DNA of 45,893 nt. It comes from an uncultured Chlamydiae bacterium. Lineage in GTDB: Bacteria; Chlamydiota; Chlamydiia; Chlamydiales; SM23-39. This document shows positions 10,170-19,533 of the stretch, piece by piece. Location: positions 1 through 45,893 of the forward strand of contig CALBPE010000096.1 in the NCBI GenBank assembly GCA_937899275.1. The letters run 5' to 3'. The position numbers and the translations under genes are program-made. Under the pieces are notes generated by a model. That model made no database searches. It saw only the letters and a list, made by a program, of their open reading frames with translations, and was not told the DNA's origin. The stretch's first letter is position 1, and every line of letters starts with the position of its first letter.

Positions 10170-10545
10170 CTGATTGCTCCAATTTACGCTTCTGGATCAT
10201 CTGCTCGATTTGCGCAAGCTCTTCATCAGAAATTTCTAGATCATTTTCTAAAAGGTAGCTGACCATAGCGGTTGACTTGCCTCCAAAAAGCTTATCTTGG
10301 ATCCTTTTAAGAATCGTTTTGCAACGAGCTTGATTATGTTCTGCAATCCAATACATATACTTTTTGCCTTCCTTTTTCCTTGTAAGCTCACCTTTATCTG
10401 CCATACGGCTCATTACGGTCATGATTGTTGTGTAGCTACCAGGGCTTCCTAAAGATCTATACACATCGCGTACGGTAGTGCGGCCAAGCTTTTGCACAGT
10501 TTGCAAAATGGATAGTTCGAGTTCTCCAAAACCTAATTTTCCCAT
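10162..10545 (-). CDS. BlaI/MecI/CopY-family transcriptional repressor
   Basis: GELELSILQTV...TVRDV...YTTIMTVMSRMADKG.LTRKKEGKKYMY...LFGG; likely ATG at 10545, downstream of the operator. Confidence 0.9.
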   Translation of the reverse strand: MGKLGFGELELSILQTVQKLGRTTVRDVYRSLGSPGSYTTIMTVMSRMADKGELTRKKEGKKYMYWIAEHNQARCKTILKRIQDKLFGGKSTAMVSYLLENDLEISDEELAQIEQMIQKRKLEQSDG

Positions 10546-10572
10546 GTAGGTCCTATGTTTTAGGATTAACCT

Positions 10573-10586
10573 ACTACACTTGTAGT
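10573..10586. promoter_or_regulatory. BlaI/MecI/CopY-type operator (autoregulatory)
   Basis: Perfect ACTACA-CT-TGTAGT palindrome about 28 nt upstream of the repressor start. Confidence 0.85.
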
Positions 10587-10782
10587 TTATTAGTCTAGAA
10601 ATTTGCATGCCAATAAATCCCAATGCAGTATGGATCTATCTGTACTGTGGTTTTTCAATATTAGATCTCTTAGCAAAAAGTATTTTATATTTATTTTTTT
10701 TATAATATAAAAAAATAAAACTCGATTTATTTTGTTTTTTCTTGTTATATTTTTTACCGATTGTAAAATTAAGGAAATTAAA

Positions 10783-11316
10783 TTGATAAACTCTATTTTA
10801 TTTGGCGCGCAGGGTAGTTATAAAATTGGTAATATTACTATTAACTACGATCCTGTAGATAATGGAGAGATTAATATTTTAGGAAATAACCTTTTTTCCA
10901 AATTAGGCAAAGCGCTACTCACTAATAAAGTGATGGCTATTGTTTCGCTTGGATATCTCCATATCACAATACATGAACTAGGTCATGCAATTGCTGAACA
11001 GATGCTAGCAAAACGCACTATATCATCGACTATTACTGTTTTCACTAAAACATGTACTGGAAACTGCTCAGTGGGATCTAGCAATGAGAGGTGGAAGGAA
11101 ATAGCTATTTTGATTGCAGGCCCTTTAGCGGATGTGCTTTTTTCTATTATGCAGTGCATGTTAGGATTTATGTGCATTTCAGCAGGGTTTTTTGGCTCTA
11201 CTTGCCTAGGGTCTATACTCATTGCCTCTGGAGTTAGTTGGATTGCTGGAGAGCTTTTTTATGCTACTCGGCCCTATGGAGATGTGGGCAAAATTGTACA
11301 CCTTGTCTGCGGTTAA
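10783..11316 (+). CDS. Small M50-like membrane metallopeptidase (paralog 2)
   Basis: Closely similar to 7898-8428 (SLGYLHITIHELGHAIA, ILIAGPLADVLFSI). TTG at 10783 follows AAGGA and aligns with the paralog's Met. Confidence 0.65.
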   Translation: MINSILFGAQGSYKIGNITINYDPVDNGEINILGNNLFSKLGKALLTNKVMAIVSLGYLHITIHELGHAIAEQMLAKRTISSTITVFTKTCTGNCSVGSSNERWKEIAILIAGPLADVLFSIMQCMLGFMCISAGFFGSTCLGSILIASGVSWIAGELFYATRPYGDVGKIVHLVCG

Positions 11317-11350
11317 AACCAGATGGGTTCCAATGAAATACCATTGGTAG

Positions 11351-12190
11351 TTAGGTTCTCGCGATATTTTCACAGTTAAGAAGCCCTAAATGATTTAGGC
11401 GCGTTGCTTGAGAAAAAATTTCATTTTTAAATTTACAGCGAAACTTATCTTTGACGTTATTGAGGTAGTATTCGATGGTTCTTGGCGAAACGTTTAAAAT
11501 AGATCCGCTTTCTTTAGCCGACATGCCCTGCAATAAAAGCTGCACGCATTCTTTTTCTCTACTAGAAAGGGAAACGACTTTCTTGACTTCATCTTGTAGG
11601 CCAATTTCTTTTAAAAATTGGTGTATTGTTTCTGGGTCGGTATTTTCTCTCATAATGCTGCGCGCAAACGCCTGTTCTTTAATTTTTCCTATAGGAAGGT
11701 AGGGACGGGTATCGGATTGCAATATTTTTTTGCAGCTTGTTTTGAAATGGGCAGCGAAATCTTGCAAAATATGCGGGTAATTGAAGATTATTTGCGGTAT
11801 AGGAATATTTGCCTTTGAGGCCCTCCAAAAGCCGAAAAACTCCACATCATCTTCATCTCTTTTGCAATACCCAATAAGAGGGATCATGTTGAACTTACTT
11901 GCTAAATACTGCATCATAGCTTCATGTTCGGGTCTTTGGAATTGATGGAAGGAAAAAAATCCTGTTTGAAAAGATGTAGGGTGCTCTAGATAGGGATCAT
12001 GCAGATACGCATCTTCCCCTACATAATGCTCATCGATGATGAGAGGGGCATCGGTGAACATAGTAAAGTCACCTTTAGCGTTAATATGTGCATAATAAAA
12101 ACAGGTGATACCTAAATGTTCTAGTGATCTAGTGCAGTTTCGCACCTCATCAGAATATCTCGAGAGATCTCGTAAAAATTGTACAGACAT
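11351..12190 (-). CDS. LuxR-family transcriptional regulator (C-terminal HTH)
   Basis: LSSREKECVQLLLQGMSAKESGSILNVSPRTIEYYLNNVKDKF; roughly 200-aa N-terminal putative ligand-binding region. Confidence 0.9.
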   Translation of the reverse strand: MSVQFLRDLSRYSDEVRNCTRSLEHLGITCFYYAHINAKGDFTMFTDAPLIIDEHYVGEDAYLHDPYLEHPTSFQTGFFSFHQFQRPEHEAMMQYLASKFNMIPLIGYCKRDEDDVEFFGFWRASKANIPIPQIIFNYPHILQDFAAHFKTSCKKILQSDTRPYLPIGKIKEQAFARSIMRENTDPETIHQFLKEIGLQDEVKKVVSLSSREKECVQLLLQGMSAKESGSILNVSPRTIEYYLNNVKDKFRCKFKNEIFSQATRLNHLGLLNCENIART

Positions 12191-12318
12191 ACTCTTTTTC
12201 CGTGAAAAAAAAGTATTTTAAAGATTTTTTTATTCTATTTCAATCCGTTTTTTTTACTAGTGTTCAAAAAAAAAGACGTCTAAACGCCCCGTCAACAGAG
12301 TACTACATATTGTTTGGC

Positions 12319-12410
12319 TTAGCAGGCCATGGCTTCACAATTGAGAAGACCTAAACCGTCAAAGCGCAGTGCTTGAGAAAAAATTTCACTTTTAAATTTA
12401 TATGGCAACT
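12319..12410 (-). pseudogene. Degenerate copy of the 3' end of the luxR-like gene
   Basis: CACAATTGAGAAGACCTAAA...TGCTTGAGAAAAAATTTCACTTTTAAATTTA aligns with 11371-11434; reads ...LLNCEAMAC* versus LLNCENIART*. Confidence 0.7.
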
Positions 12411-12451
12411 GTCGATACTATGCGTTTTTTCGATCGGGAAAATCCGAATGG

Positions 12452-13423
12452 TTATTCATAGGGAGTCAGCTGATTTTCCTTGGGCGCTTTTATGCGAGAA
12501 GTAAATCCTGCAAAATAATACGTGAGATAGCTTAGGGCCATCATGCTGAAAGATAGAATAAATGAAATAGATAGGCCTTCTTCTAGGAAAAACCAACCTA
12601 AAAAATGGGATGATAAGGGAATAATCAGCCCTGTATAAGATACTTGGGTAATAGGATAGTTTTTAATGAAGTAGCTATAGACGTAATAAAAAAAGATGTT
12701 GCTGGCAATAGTGGTGTAAAGCAAAAGAAGAATCGTTTTTTTATTGAGGGCGTGGTAGTCGAAATACGCAACAGAAAAAACGCCTTGAAAAAATAACGAA
12801 GCGCTTACAAAGACGATGCCTGATCCCATCAAAATCAAAAGGTTGATTTCAGCATAAGAATACCTATCTACATCCAATAGCTTTTTTGTGCATATCCAGC
12901 CGTATCTTCCGATGAAAATTGCTGCTATCCCTGTAATAATAGACCATATGTAGGTCTCTTTTGATACTTCTAAAGCAACTGGAAATCGGCTGCTTAGCAA
13001 TAAAAACACAGAGAAAAAACCCAATAAAATCCCTAAGATTTTATGTTTTTCTAGCCGTTCATGAAAAATAAAGTAGGAATAAAAAGCGGTGATGAATGGA
13101 TCGAGACTGCCGATTAGCATCGCAACTGACGAATTTAAGTGTTTTAAGGTATACATTTTTAAGTAGTAAGGTATCGCAGTTGCAATGATGCAGATGAAGG
13201 TAATGAGCCAAAAATCTTGTTTTAGCTTTTGAGTCAGCTGAAAAAATGTTTTTTTATAGCAAATAACTCCAAGGAAAAATAGCGCTGATACCACCAATTT
13301 AAAACTCGAGAGAAAATGGATAGGTAAGGTCGTTAAAAGGGCTTTATTTGCTGTATAAGAAGTGGCAAGTATTACGAAAGAAATGGTTAAAAAAAATGTT
13401 TTCATATAGTCGAGTTTGTCCAT
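12452..13423 (-). CDS. DMT/EamA-family transporter
   Basis: About 10 TM segments in two repeats; LDPFITAFYSYFIFHERL and PLSSHFLGWFFLEE signatures. Confidence 0.85.
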   Translation of the reverse strand: MDKLDYMKTFFLTISFVILATSYTANKALLTTLPIHFLSSFKLVVSALFFLGVICYKKTFFQLTQKLKQDFWLITFICIIATAIPYYLKMYTLKHLNSSVAMLIGSLDPFITAFYSYFIFHERLEKHKILGILLGFFSVFLLLSSRFPVALEVSKETYIWSIITGIAAIFIGRYGWICTKKLLDVDRYSYAEINLLILMGSGIVFVSASLFFQGVFSVAYFDYHALNKKTILLLLYTTIASNIFFYYVYSYFIKNYPITQVSYTGLIIPLSSHFLGWFFLEEGLSISFILSFSMMALSYLTYYFAGFTSRIKAPKENQLTPYE

Positions 13424-13603
13424 GCTCTTTTTTAGGGAGGGAGAACCCCGATATCACCAGTACCATCCAATCACCATGAGTCAAAGTGTAGAGAAATCAG
13501 GCGTTTAATTCTACTGGATTATGCTGATAAGAATGGGTGGTTTTCGAGAAATGATGCGCCGCTTTCAATGAGTCTGTATGCATTCTATCCAATAGGGGTT
13601 AGG

Positions 13604-13960
13604 GGTAGTGTAACAATATGTCTGTACATTCGATATGCTGAGACATTCTCAGTTATTGAAAAAAAAGGTTTGAGGTCGGATTCTCTTAACTTTCCAAACA
13701 ACTAAGGAGAAAATATGACCTCAAACCAACATTATGCATCACTCATTGAAGAAGCTCTAGTAGAGCTAAGTAGTCAAGGCATAGCAAATCTTAAGACGCG
13801 TTAAGCGGATTACAGAAGAGCTCTGTGGGCTAGACATCAGCTCAACACAGGTATCTAGAGTTAGTAAGTTACTAGATGAAGAAGTTTAGGGGCTGTCCTC
13901 TTGGGAACATGCGGTATGTTTATTTAGATGCTCGTTTGAAACGCTGCTGTTTTTGATGAG
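13604..13960 (+). mobile_element. IS256-family remnant (left end plus internally deleted transposase)
   Basis: GGTAGTGTAACAATATGTCT terminus, AAGGAG+ATG, and fragments RVKRITEELCGLDISSTQVSRVSKLLDEE and RYVYLDAR typical of IS256 transposases. Confidence 0.8.
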
Positions 13961-13965
13961 CGCGC

Positions 13966-14292
13966 TCAAGCTGTTTTTTTTCTCATGAGATGATATATAC
14001 CGATCAATAAGAGTAAAATACCCAAAGCGCTGATTGCATACGAAGCGTATGCATAAAACGTGGCCTCTTTTTTACCCTCTGTGATTTTTTTTTCTACATA
14101 GTCGGTAGCTTTTCTACTGTATTTTTGCACGGCTTTTTTCTGTTTTGATAAGATGCTTTGAGCGGTATCTTTAGCGGTTTCTGCTTGAGCAATTTGCGCT
14201 TTTCCTTTACGTACTTCGTTTTGGATATATATAGCTCCAAATACCAACAATGCGCCGGTTAGGCAGCAAATTATTCCTAAAAATTTTCTCAT
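13966..14292 (-). CDS. Small membrane protein (two TM helices around a basic coiled coil)
   Basis: Hydrophobic N- and C-terminal helices, K/Q-rich middle. Confidence 0.65.
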   Translation of the reverse strand: MRKFLGIICCLTGALLVFGAIYIQNEVRKGKAQIAQAETAKDTAQSILSKQKKAVQKYSRKATDYVEKKITEGKKEATFYAYASYAISALGILLLLIGIYHLMRKKTA

Positions 14293-14427
14293 TTTTTTCC
14301 TATTTATGTTTTTTTTCTTTTCTCATACCTGAAAAATAATGTAAATAGAGAGAAAACGTAATTAAAATTTATTTGCTATAAAATACTTATTTTTAACAAA
14401 ATAGTGCAGACGAAAGACTGAGGATCG

Positions 14428-15150
14428 ATGTTCAACTTATTTATTTTTCTTATGCCGCTATCTACACTTTTTTGTAGTATTAGCTCTATACAAACAACGA
14501 ATTTACAAGAAAACGATGCGAAACTTCTATTAGAAGAAATTTCTCTTATCAGCGGATACTATGGAAAACCGGTGAGTTACTATACGTATCCTCAAAAGCA
14601 AATACCTTTTGCAAAAACGTCTTCTAGAAATGTCGTTTTGCTTGGAGATGTAGGTTATTTTCGTCCAACAAAAAGCCGTTTTCGTAGCATCTATGGATCA
14701 TCTTTAATTAACTACAGGGTGAGTTTACAAGTGCAGTTGTGGAAACAGTTATATGCACTAGTCGACACCAATCTTTTGCACAAAAAAGGCGCTTCTATTG
14801 GCGTGAGAAATGCGACAAAAATTCTGCTGATACCAGTAGATATTGGTATAAAGTATTACTTGCCTACTTGGGATTGGCTTTCTTTTTATTTCAAGGCAGC
14901 GGGGGAGATTACCGGTACGTTTATCGAAAATCAAACCACGTTTGTAGAAGATGTCAGGCAGTCTTCCGCAGGAGCTGTTGGAGGAGTAGGCGCATTTTTA
15001 TCTTTTGGAGAAGAAGCGCGTTTTTGCCTAGATGTATTTGCAGATTATTCCTTTGTTAAACTACATACTTTTGGAACAGCTACCTCTGAAGGAGGAAGAA
15101 CGGAGCTGGGTGGTTTGATTCTAGGCGGCGGCTTAGGCTGTAAATTTTAA
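14428..15150 (+). CDS. Putative outer-membrane beta-barrel protein
   Basis: Signal-like N-terminus, alternating amphipathic strands (IPVDIGIKYY, LDVFADYS), C-terminal GLGCKF. Confidence 0.65.
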   Translation: MFNLFIFLMPLSTLFCSISSIQTTNLQENDAKLLLEEISLISGYYGKPVSYYTYPQKQIPFAKTSSRNVVLLGDVGYFRPTKSRFRSIYGSSLINYRVSLQVQLWKQLYALVDTNLLHKKGASIGVRNATKILLIPVDIGIKYYLPTWDWLSFYFKAAGEITGTFIENQTTFVEDVRQSSAGAVGGVGAFLSFGEEARFCLDVFADYSFVKLHTFGTATSEGGRTELGGLILGGGLGCKF

Positions 15151-15165
15151 TCGTCGAACCTTTCG

Positions 15166-16104
15166 ATGAGGCTTTTTTCCTGTAGCGTATTTTTTCTTTT
15201 TTCCTTTTGTGTATTTGCAGAGGAAAGGCCCCCTTTTATCTCCTCTTATCAAGTGGGAAAACAGGAAAATTTTCGGGTGATCTTAAACCCAGAACTCCTC
15301 TTTTTACAAGCGGGCCAAGAAGATCTTAGGTATGCGCTAATCGACCAAGAAAAATGGATTTCCATGCAAGGCGCAAAATATGCGCCTTCTCTCCGTTTTA
15401 CCCTAGGTTTTCAAACGATTTATGACGATAACGATCTCATTTTTTCCTACATAAGATGTCATACAAAAAAGACGCAAAATACGAAGTCGTTTTCGGGAGA
15501 TCTTTTCTCGGTTTACTGGTTTTCTGATCTGACGCTTCCTTTGTATTCTCTTGCGTCTACTTGGCGTCTAAAATTAGATGCAGTAGATGCTTATATAAAA
15601 AAACGGCTTTCTATAGGAGATGCGTGCCTTTTAGGTTGGGGTCTTGGTTTTCGGGCGGGGGTATTGAATCAATCGTTAAAAATGGAAAGAGTAGGATCTT
15701 CTCCTTTGTTTGGCCAGAGTACCACGCAGTCGATGAGCTGGTATATAGGACCTAAAATCGCAGGATTTTGCCGTTTTTTATTTCCCTATTCTTTCTACTT
15801 CTCTAGCGAAAGTGCTCTGCATTTTTTATGGACGAAATACAGACTTTCTTATCGAGAAAAAGAAGGGAGCTTTTCCAAGGCGCGTTTAGAAAATCTAGAT
15901 CGCATACAAAGCCCCTTTGAGTTGACGTTTTCGTTAGGCTGGCAGCGTCTTTTTTCTATAGAAGTTCATGGGGACTTTGCTTTTAAAGCAGCATTTTTCC
16001 TTTTCCCTCAAGAAAATCAGCTTGCATATATCCCTTCTTGCTCTGCAAAACGAGGAGATCTGTACCTTATAGGGTTTGGAGCGTCTTCTCGTTTTGATTT
16101 TTAA
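15166..16104 (+). CDS. MOMP-like / Lpg1974-family outer-membrane porin
   Basis: Signal peptide; STWRLKLDAVD, GFRAGVLNQ, YIGPKI, GDLYLIG...RFDF terminal strand. Confidence 0.65.
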   Translation: MRLFSCSVFFLFSFCVFAEERPPFISSYQVGKQENFRVILNPELLFLQAGQEDLRYALIDQEKWISMQGAKYAPSLRFTLGFQTIYDDNDLIFSYIRCHTKKTQNTKSFSGDLFSVYWFSDLTLPLYSLASTWRLKLDAVDAYIKKRLSIGDACLLGWGLGFRAGVLNQSLKMERVGSSPLFGQSTTQSMSWYIGPKIAGFCRFLFPYSFYFSSESALHFLWTKYRLSYREKEGSFSKARLENLDRIQSPFELTFSLGWQRLFSIEVHGDFAFKAAFFLFPQENQLAYIPSCSAKRGDLYLIGFGASSRFDF

Positions 16105-16167
16105 ATACGGTTATTAAATTATTTACTAAGAAGAGTTTATGTGCTTTCGTGACTTTTTTTTGTCTTC

Positions 16168-17313
16168 ATGCTACTATATACTGAAATAAATCAAAAATCA
16201 TGCGCCATGAGCCCTATTCATCCACTAGCAAATCTTCCCGAAACCTTTGTTAATCAAGGGTTTAATCAAGTTTCCTCAGAACAAATTCAGCAATATAATA
16301 AAACCTATTCAAAGGGATCTTTTGAAGAAATGGTCGTAAGCCATTTGAACCACGCAATAGCCCGTAAGGAGGCGCAAGGTAAAAAGCTTTCAGAAGAAGA
16401 GATCCTCGAGCGTGTAAAAAGAGTAGAAGCTCTTTTAAAAAACCAACCTCAATTATTGAGGGAAATTCATCGCCCCTTAAAGCCTCTTTCGTATGTAGTG
16501 CACTCTATACTGTTCATACCAAAACTTATTGTTTCTTTAGTTATCGATTTTTTCGCTGGGATGTTTTACATGGCAATGCACTTTGCCTATGACAACGAGA
16601 GCTGGACAAAGATCGAGAAAATCGATCCTAATAAGCCCACATTTGTACTAGTACCCGGAAAAGCTTCCAACCCTAGCATTTTTGCCTTAGTTTTGAAGAT
16701 TTGTAAGCTTATGAATCGAGATGTGAATATCGTTTATGTAGCTCTCGAGGATAAAAGGCGTTTTTCAAACAGTCCGAATGCAACAATCAAGGGGTATGCC
16801 GACAAACTTCGGCTTAAGTTGCTTGAAGTGCAGCAAAAACACAATTGCAAGATCAAAGCTGTTATAGCCCACTCACTTGGGGGTATTGTTGCTATGCAAG
16901 CTGCTATTGACCTACACAACGACCCAACCACAAAGCAGTATATGCCGGAAAGGCTTGCCCTTGCCGGGTCACCTATTTATGGAGCATGGGTTGCGCCTTA
17001 CCAACCTGGTAACGAAAAAACTCAAAGACCCTTTTTAGCCAGCCAGCTTAGGCCAGAATCACAGGCACTTAAAAAAATCCGAGAGGAATTTAAGCCACTT
17101 GGTAATGGCCATTCTCTTGAACTGCACCTGTACGGAAGCTCTTTAGACCCGATGGCTCCACCCTCCTCTTGTACATATCCAGGAGCAAAGAAGAAGTACA
17201 ATCTCCCTTTCTCTAATCATGTGACTGTAGCCCTGAGAGCCGCGTTAAGTGAGATTTTTTCTTACACTTCGACAGCATCATCAGAAAATTCAGATGTAGC
17301 TACTGGTTCTTGA
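16168..17313 (+). CDS. Alpha/beta-hydrolase (lipase-like) with N-terminal extension and TM segment
   Basis: AHSLGG nucleophile elbow, GSPIYG, LDPMAP (Asp), NHV (His); the start may be the later Met (MSPIHP). Confidence 0.8.
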   Translation: MLLYTEINQKSCAMSPIHPLANLPETFVNQGFNQVSSEQIQQYNKTYSKGSFEEMVVSHLNHAIARKEAQGKKLSEEEILERVKRVEALLKNQPQLLREIHRPLKPLSYVVHSILFIPKLIVSLVIDFFAGMFYMAMHFAYDNESWTKIEKIDPNKPTFVLVPGKASNPSIFALVLKICKLMNRDVNIVYVALEDKRRFSNSPNATIKGYADKLRLKLLEVQQKHNCKIKAVIAHSLGGIVAMQAAIDLHNDPTTKQYMPERLALAGSPIYGAWVAPYQPGNEKTQRPFLASQLRPESQALKKIREEFKPLGNGHSLELHLYGSSLDPMAPPSSCTYPGAKKKYNLPFSNHVTVALRAALSEIFSYTSTASSENSDVATGS

Positions 17314-17356
17314 TTAGCTTGAGGAAGTAGCGCTTAAAAAACAAAAAAGGGGGTAT

Positions 17357-18106
17357 ATGCAGGTTGCAAATCCAACTATTGTACTTTCTTCTACAGGGTC
17401 TGATAGCGCGCATTATTTGAGGCAAGCCTGTGACGCCTTTACCTTTTTGCCGAGGCTCGTTTTTTCTGTCATCGTAGAAATTGTATCTGTTATTTTTTTT
17501 GCTATCATTGGCGTCTTTACAAATGGAGAGCGTTTTAATCCCTCTTCTTTAGATCCTAAAAAACCAACTATTTTGTTCATTAACGGTCTTTGCCATAATC
17601 CAACAGCTGCCTTGTTTCTTCGTATGCGGTTGGGTAGTAAGGTAAATATTTATTCTTATTCCTATGCTTCTTACCGGTTTTGGCATAAAAGAAACTGCTC
17701 TATTGCAGATTATACTCGATCTATTCAGGCAAAAGTCGATAAGTTAAAAAAAGAGACAAATGGTCCAGTAAAAGTCGTAGCCCATTCTATGGGAGGACTG
17801 ATTGCTCTTGGTTTAAAAGATGTCAAAGAGATGACGCTCATTGGCACGCCTGCACGCGGCTCTTGGGCTGCGCGCATTTGCCCGATTTTTCGTGTGATTA
17901 AAGAAATGCAACCAGGCTCTACTTATGTAGAAACAATTCGTCAATCTGCAGAAGAGAGGATCCGGTCTGGGGATCTCCAGGTTCGTGTCCATTCTTCTTC
18001 TATGGACGCGCTTGTTCGTCCTCATTCCACAAGGATAAAAGGTGCTGAAGAGATTTCTTATAACTATTTAGGTCATGTGGGGCTTCTTCTAACTGCTGGT
18101 TTATAG
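17357..18106 (+). CDS. Alpha/beta-hydrolase (lipase-like), paralog of the upstream gene
   Basis: AHSMGG, GTPARG, MDALV, GHVGLL; shares DPxKPT and the PxLxxS TM segment. Confidence 0.85.
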   Translation: MQVANPTIVLSSTGSDSAHYLRQACDAFTFLPRLVFSVIVEIVSVIFFAIIGVFTNGERFNPSSLDPKKPTILFINGLCHNPTAALFLRMRLGSKVNIYSYSYASYRFWHKRNCSIADYTRSIQAKVDKLKKETNGPVKVVAHSMGGLIALGLKDVKEMTLIGTPARGSWAARICPIFRVIKEMQPGSTYVETIRQSAEERIRSGDLQVRVHSSSMDALVRPHSTRIKGAEEISYNYLGHVGLLLTAGL

Positions 18107-18186
18107 GAGCTATTTTTCTACATTTTTCTCTTCCTTTTAAATCTTCATCTTTCCTAAGATGTTGTGAAATTATTTTTGAGGGAAAA

Positions 18187-19524
18187 ATGAAACAGGTTTT
18201 GCTGCGCCTTTTTTTTCTGTGCGTTTTCCAGTCCCTATTTGCTTTTGATCTAAAAGAGTCCACAGTAGAAGTTATTGGCACTACTTACCAGTATAACTAC
18301 TTTTATCCCTGGAGCGCGCCAAAAACCCTCTATCAACAAGCATCTGGCATTGTTTTAGATAAAGGACGCATCATTACCAGCGCTAAAGCGGTGAAAAATG
18401 CATCTTATGTTGACGTAAGGCTAGCAGGCGATCTGTTTTTATTTCGAGCAAGTGTGATTTCAGTAGACGAAGAAATGCAGCTTGCCTGTTTAGAGATACA
18501 AGAAGAAACGTTTCTAAAGAAAAGTTATCCCGTACGCATATCTAAGCAGTCTTTAGATCATGCGCGCTCTTTATCAATTCACGGTTTTTCTCCCTCCCAA
18601 AGGCGGTTTAGCTCAATGCAGGTAGATGTATTTGCTTGTGATTTACTCGATGCAGAAAAAAACGCTGCACAAACCAGCTTATTTGGTCTACACGCTTCGT
18701 ACCATTTATTTTCCCATGGAGCTTGCCTTTTTGCAGAAGATGGTTTTATTGGTATGGCTCTTTCTTCTCCTGCTATTTTTCCTTCGGAGAATTATTACAA
18801 GGTGGTTCCAACAGCTGCAATCCAGGATTTTGTAGAAAGTAAGGTAAGAAAAACCTTTCCTATTCGGTATCAAGGCATGCACCACCCTAGTTTAAAGGCG
18901 TACTACCAGCTACCTATCTATCTTTCTGGAGTGTTGATTCTAGAAGATTACCCTCCTTTAAAAGAGGGAGATATCCTTACAAGTATCCAAGGTGAAGATG
19001 TGGAAAATGATGGTACTGTTATTTTGTATGGCAAAAAAGTATCTTTTCAACAGCTGATGCATACATACGGAGTAGATCAATTGCTTTGTGAAGTATGGCG
19101 CAGCGGCGAGGTTAAAGAGCTTGATGTACCTTTACAAGATAAAAGTCAGGAGCATGTATTTAGGCAGCCTCCTTCCTATTTGATCTATGCAGGACTGGTT
19201 TTTCAGCCTTTACATGAACTAGAAGAAGAATGCTCCATTGCCCTATCAGGAGAAAATTGGATCGTTCTCAGTAAAGTTTTAGTCGATGAAGTCAATGCAG
19301 ATTATGCAAGAGTTGCTGGAGCTCTTATCGAATCGGTTAATGGAATAAAAATCTCTTCTCTTCAAGAAGTAGAAAAAGCCCTGAAAGATAATTCAGAAGA
19401 GATGCATACTATTCGAACAGCTAGGGGAGAGCTTCTCGTCTTGGATAAGACACGCAGTGAACAGTCCCATCTCAAGATCTTAAAAAAATACGGGGTCTTA
19501 CAAAGTAAACTTTTTCCATCCTAA
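18187..19524 (+). CDS. Deg/HtrA (S1C)-like PDZ protein with degenerate catalytic triad
   Basis: Colinear with the next gene (SYLIYAGLVFQPL), but TSAKAV replaces TNAHxV and FSHGA replaces GNSGG. Confidence 0.75.
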   Translation: MKQVLLRLFFLCVFQSLFAFDLKESTVEVIGTTYQYNYFYPWSAPKTLYQQASGIVLDKGRIITSAKAVKNASYVDVRLAGDLFLFRASVISVDEEMQLACLEIQEETFLKKSYPVRISKQSLDHARSLSIHGFSPSQRRFSSMQVDVFACDLLDAEKNAAQTSLFGLHASYHLFSHGACLFAEDGFIGMALSSPAIFPSENYYKVVPTAAIQDFVESKVRKTFPIRYQGMHHPSLKAYYQLPIYLSGVLILEDYPPLKEGDILTSIQGEDVENDGTVILYGKKVSFQQLMHTYGVDQLLCEVWRSGEVKELDVPLQDKSQEHVFRQPPSYLIYAGLVFQPLHELEEECSIALSGENWIVLSKVLVDEVNADYARVAGALIESVNGIKISSLQEVEKALKDNSEEMHTIRTARGELLVLDKTRSEQSHLKILKKYGVLQSKLFPS

Positions 19525-19533
19525 AGAGGTCCT

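Noticed and set aside
9108..10545. Beta-lactam resistance locus
   Set aside because: No penicillin-binding sensor domain and no beta-lactamase or PBP2a nearby.
10546..10782. N-terminal extensions of ORFs 10162-10623 and 10732-11316
   Set aside because: They run through the operator and an AT-rich intergenic region; family alignment and RBS favour starts at 10545 and 10783.
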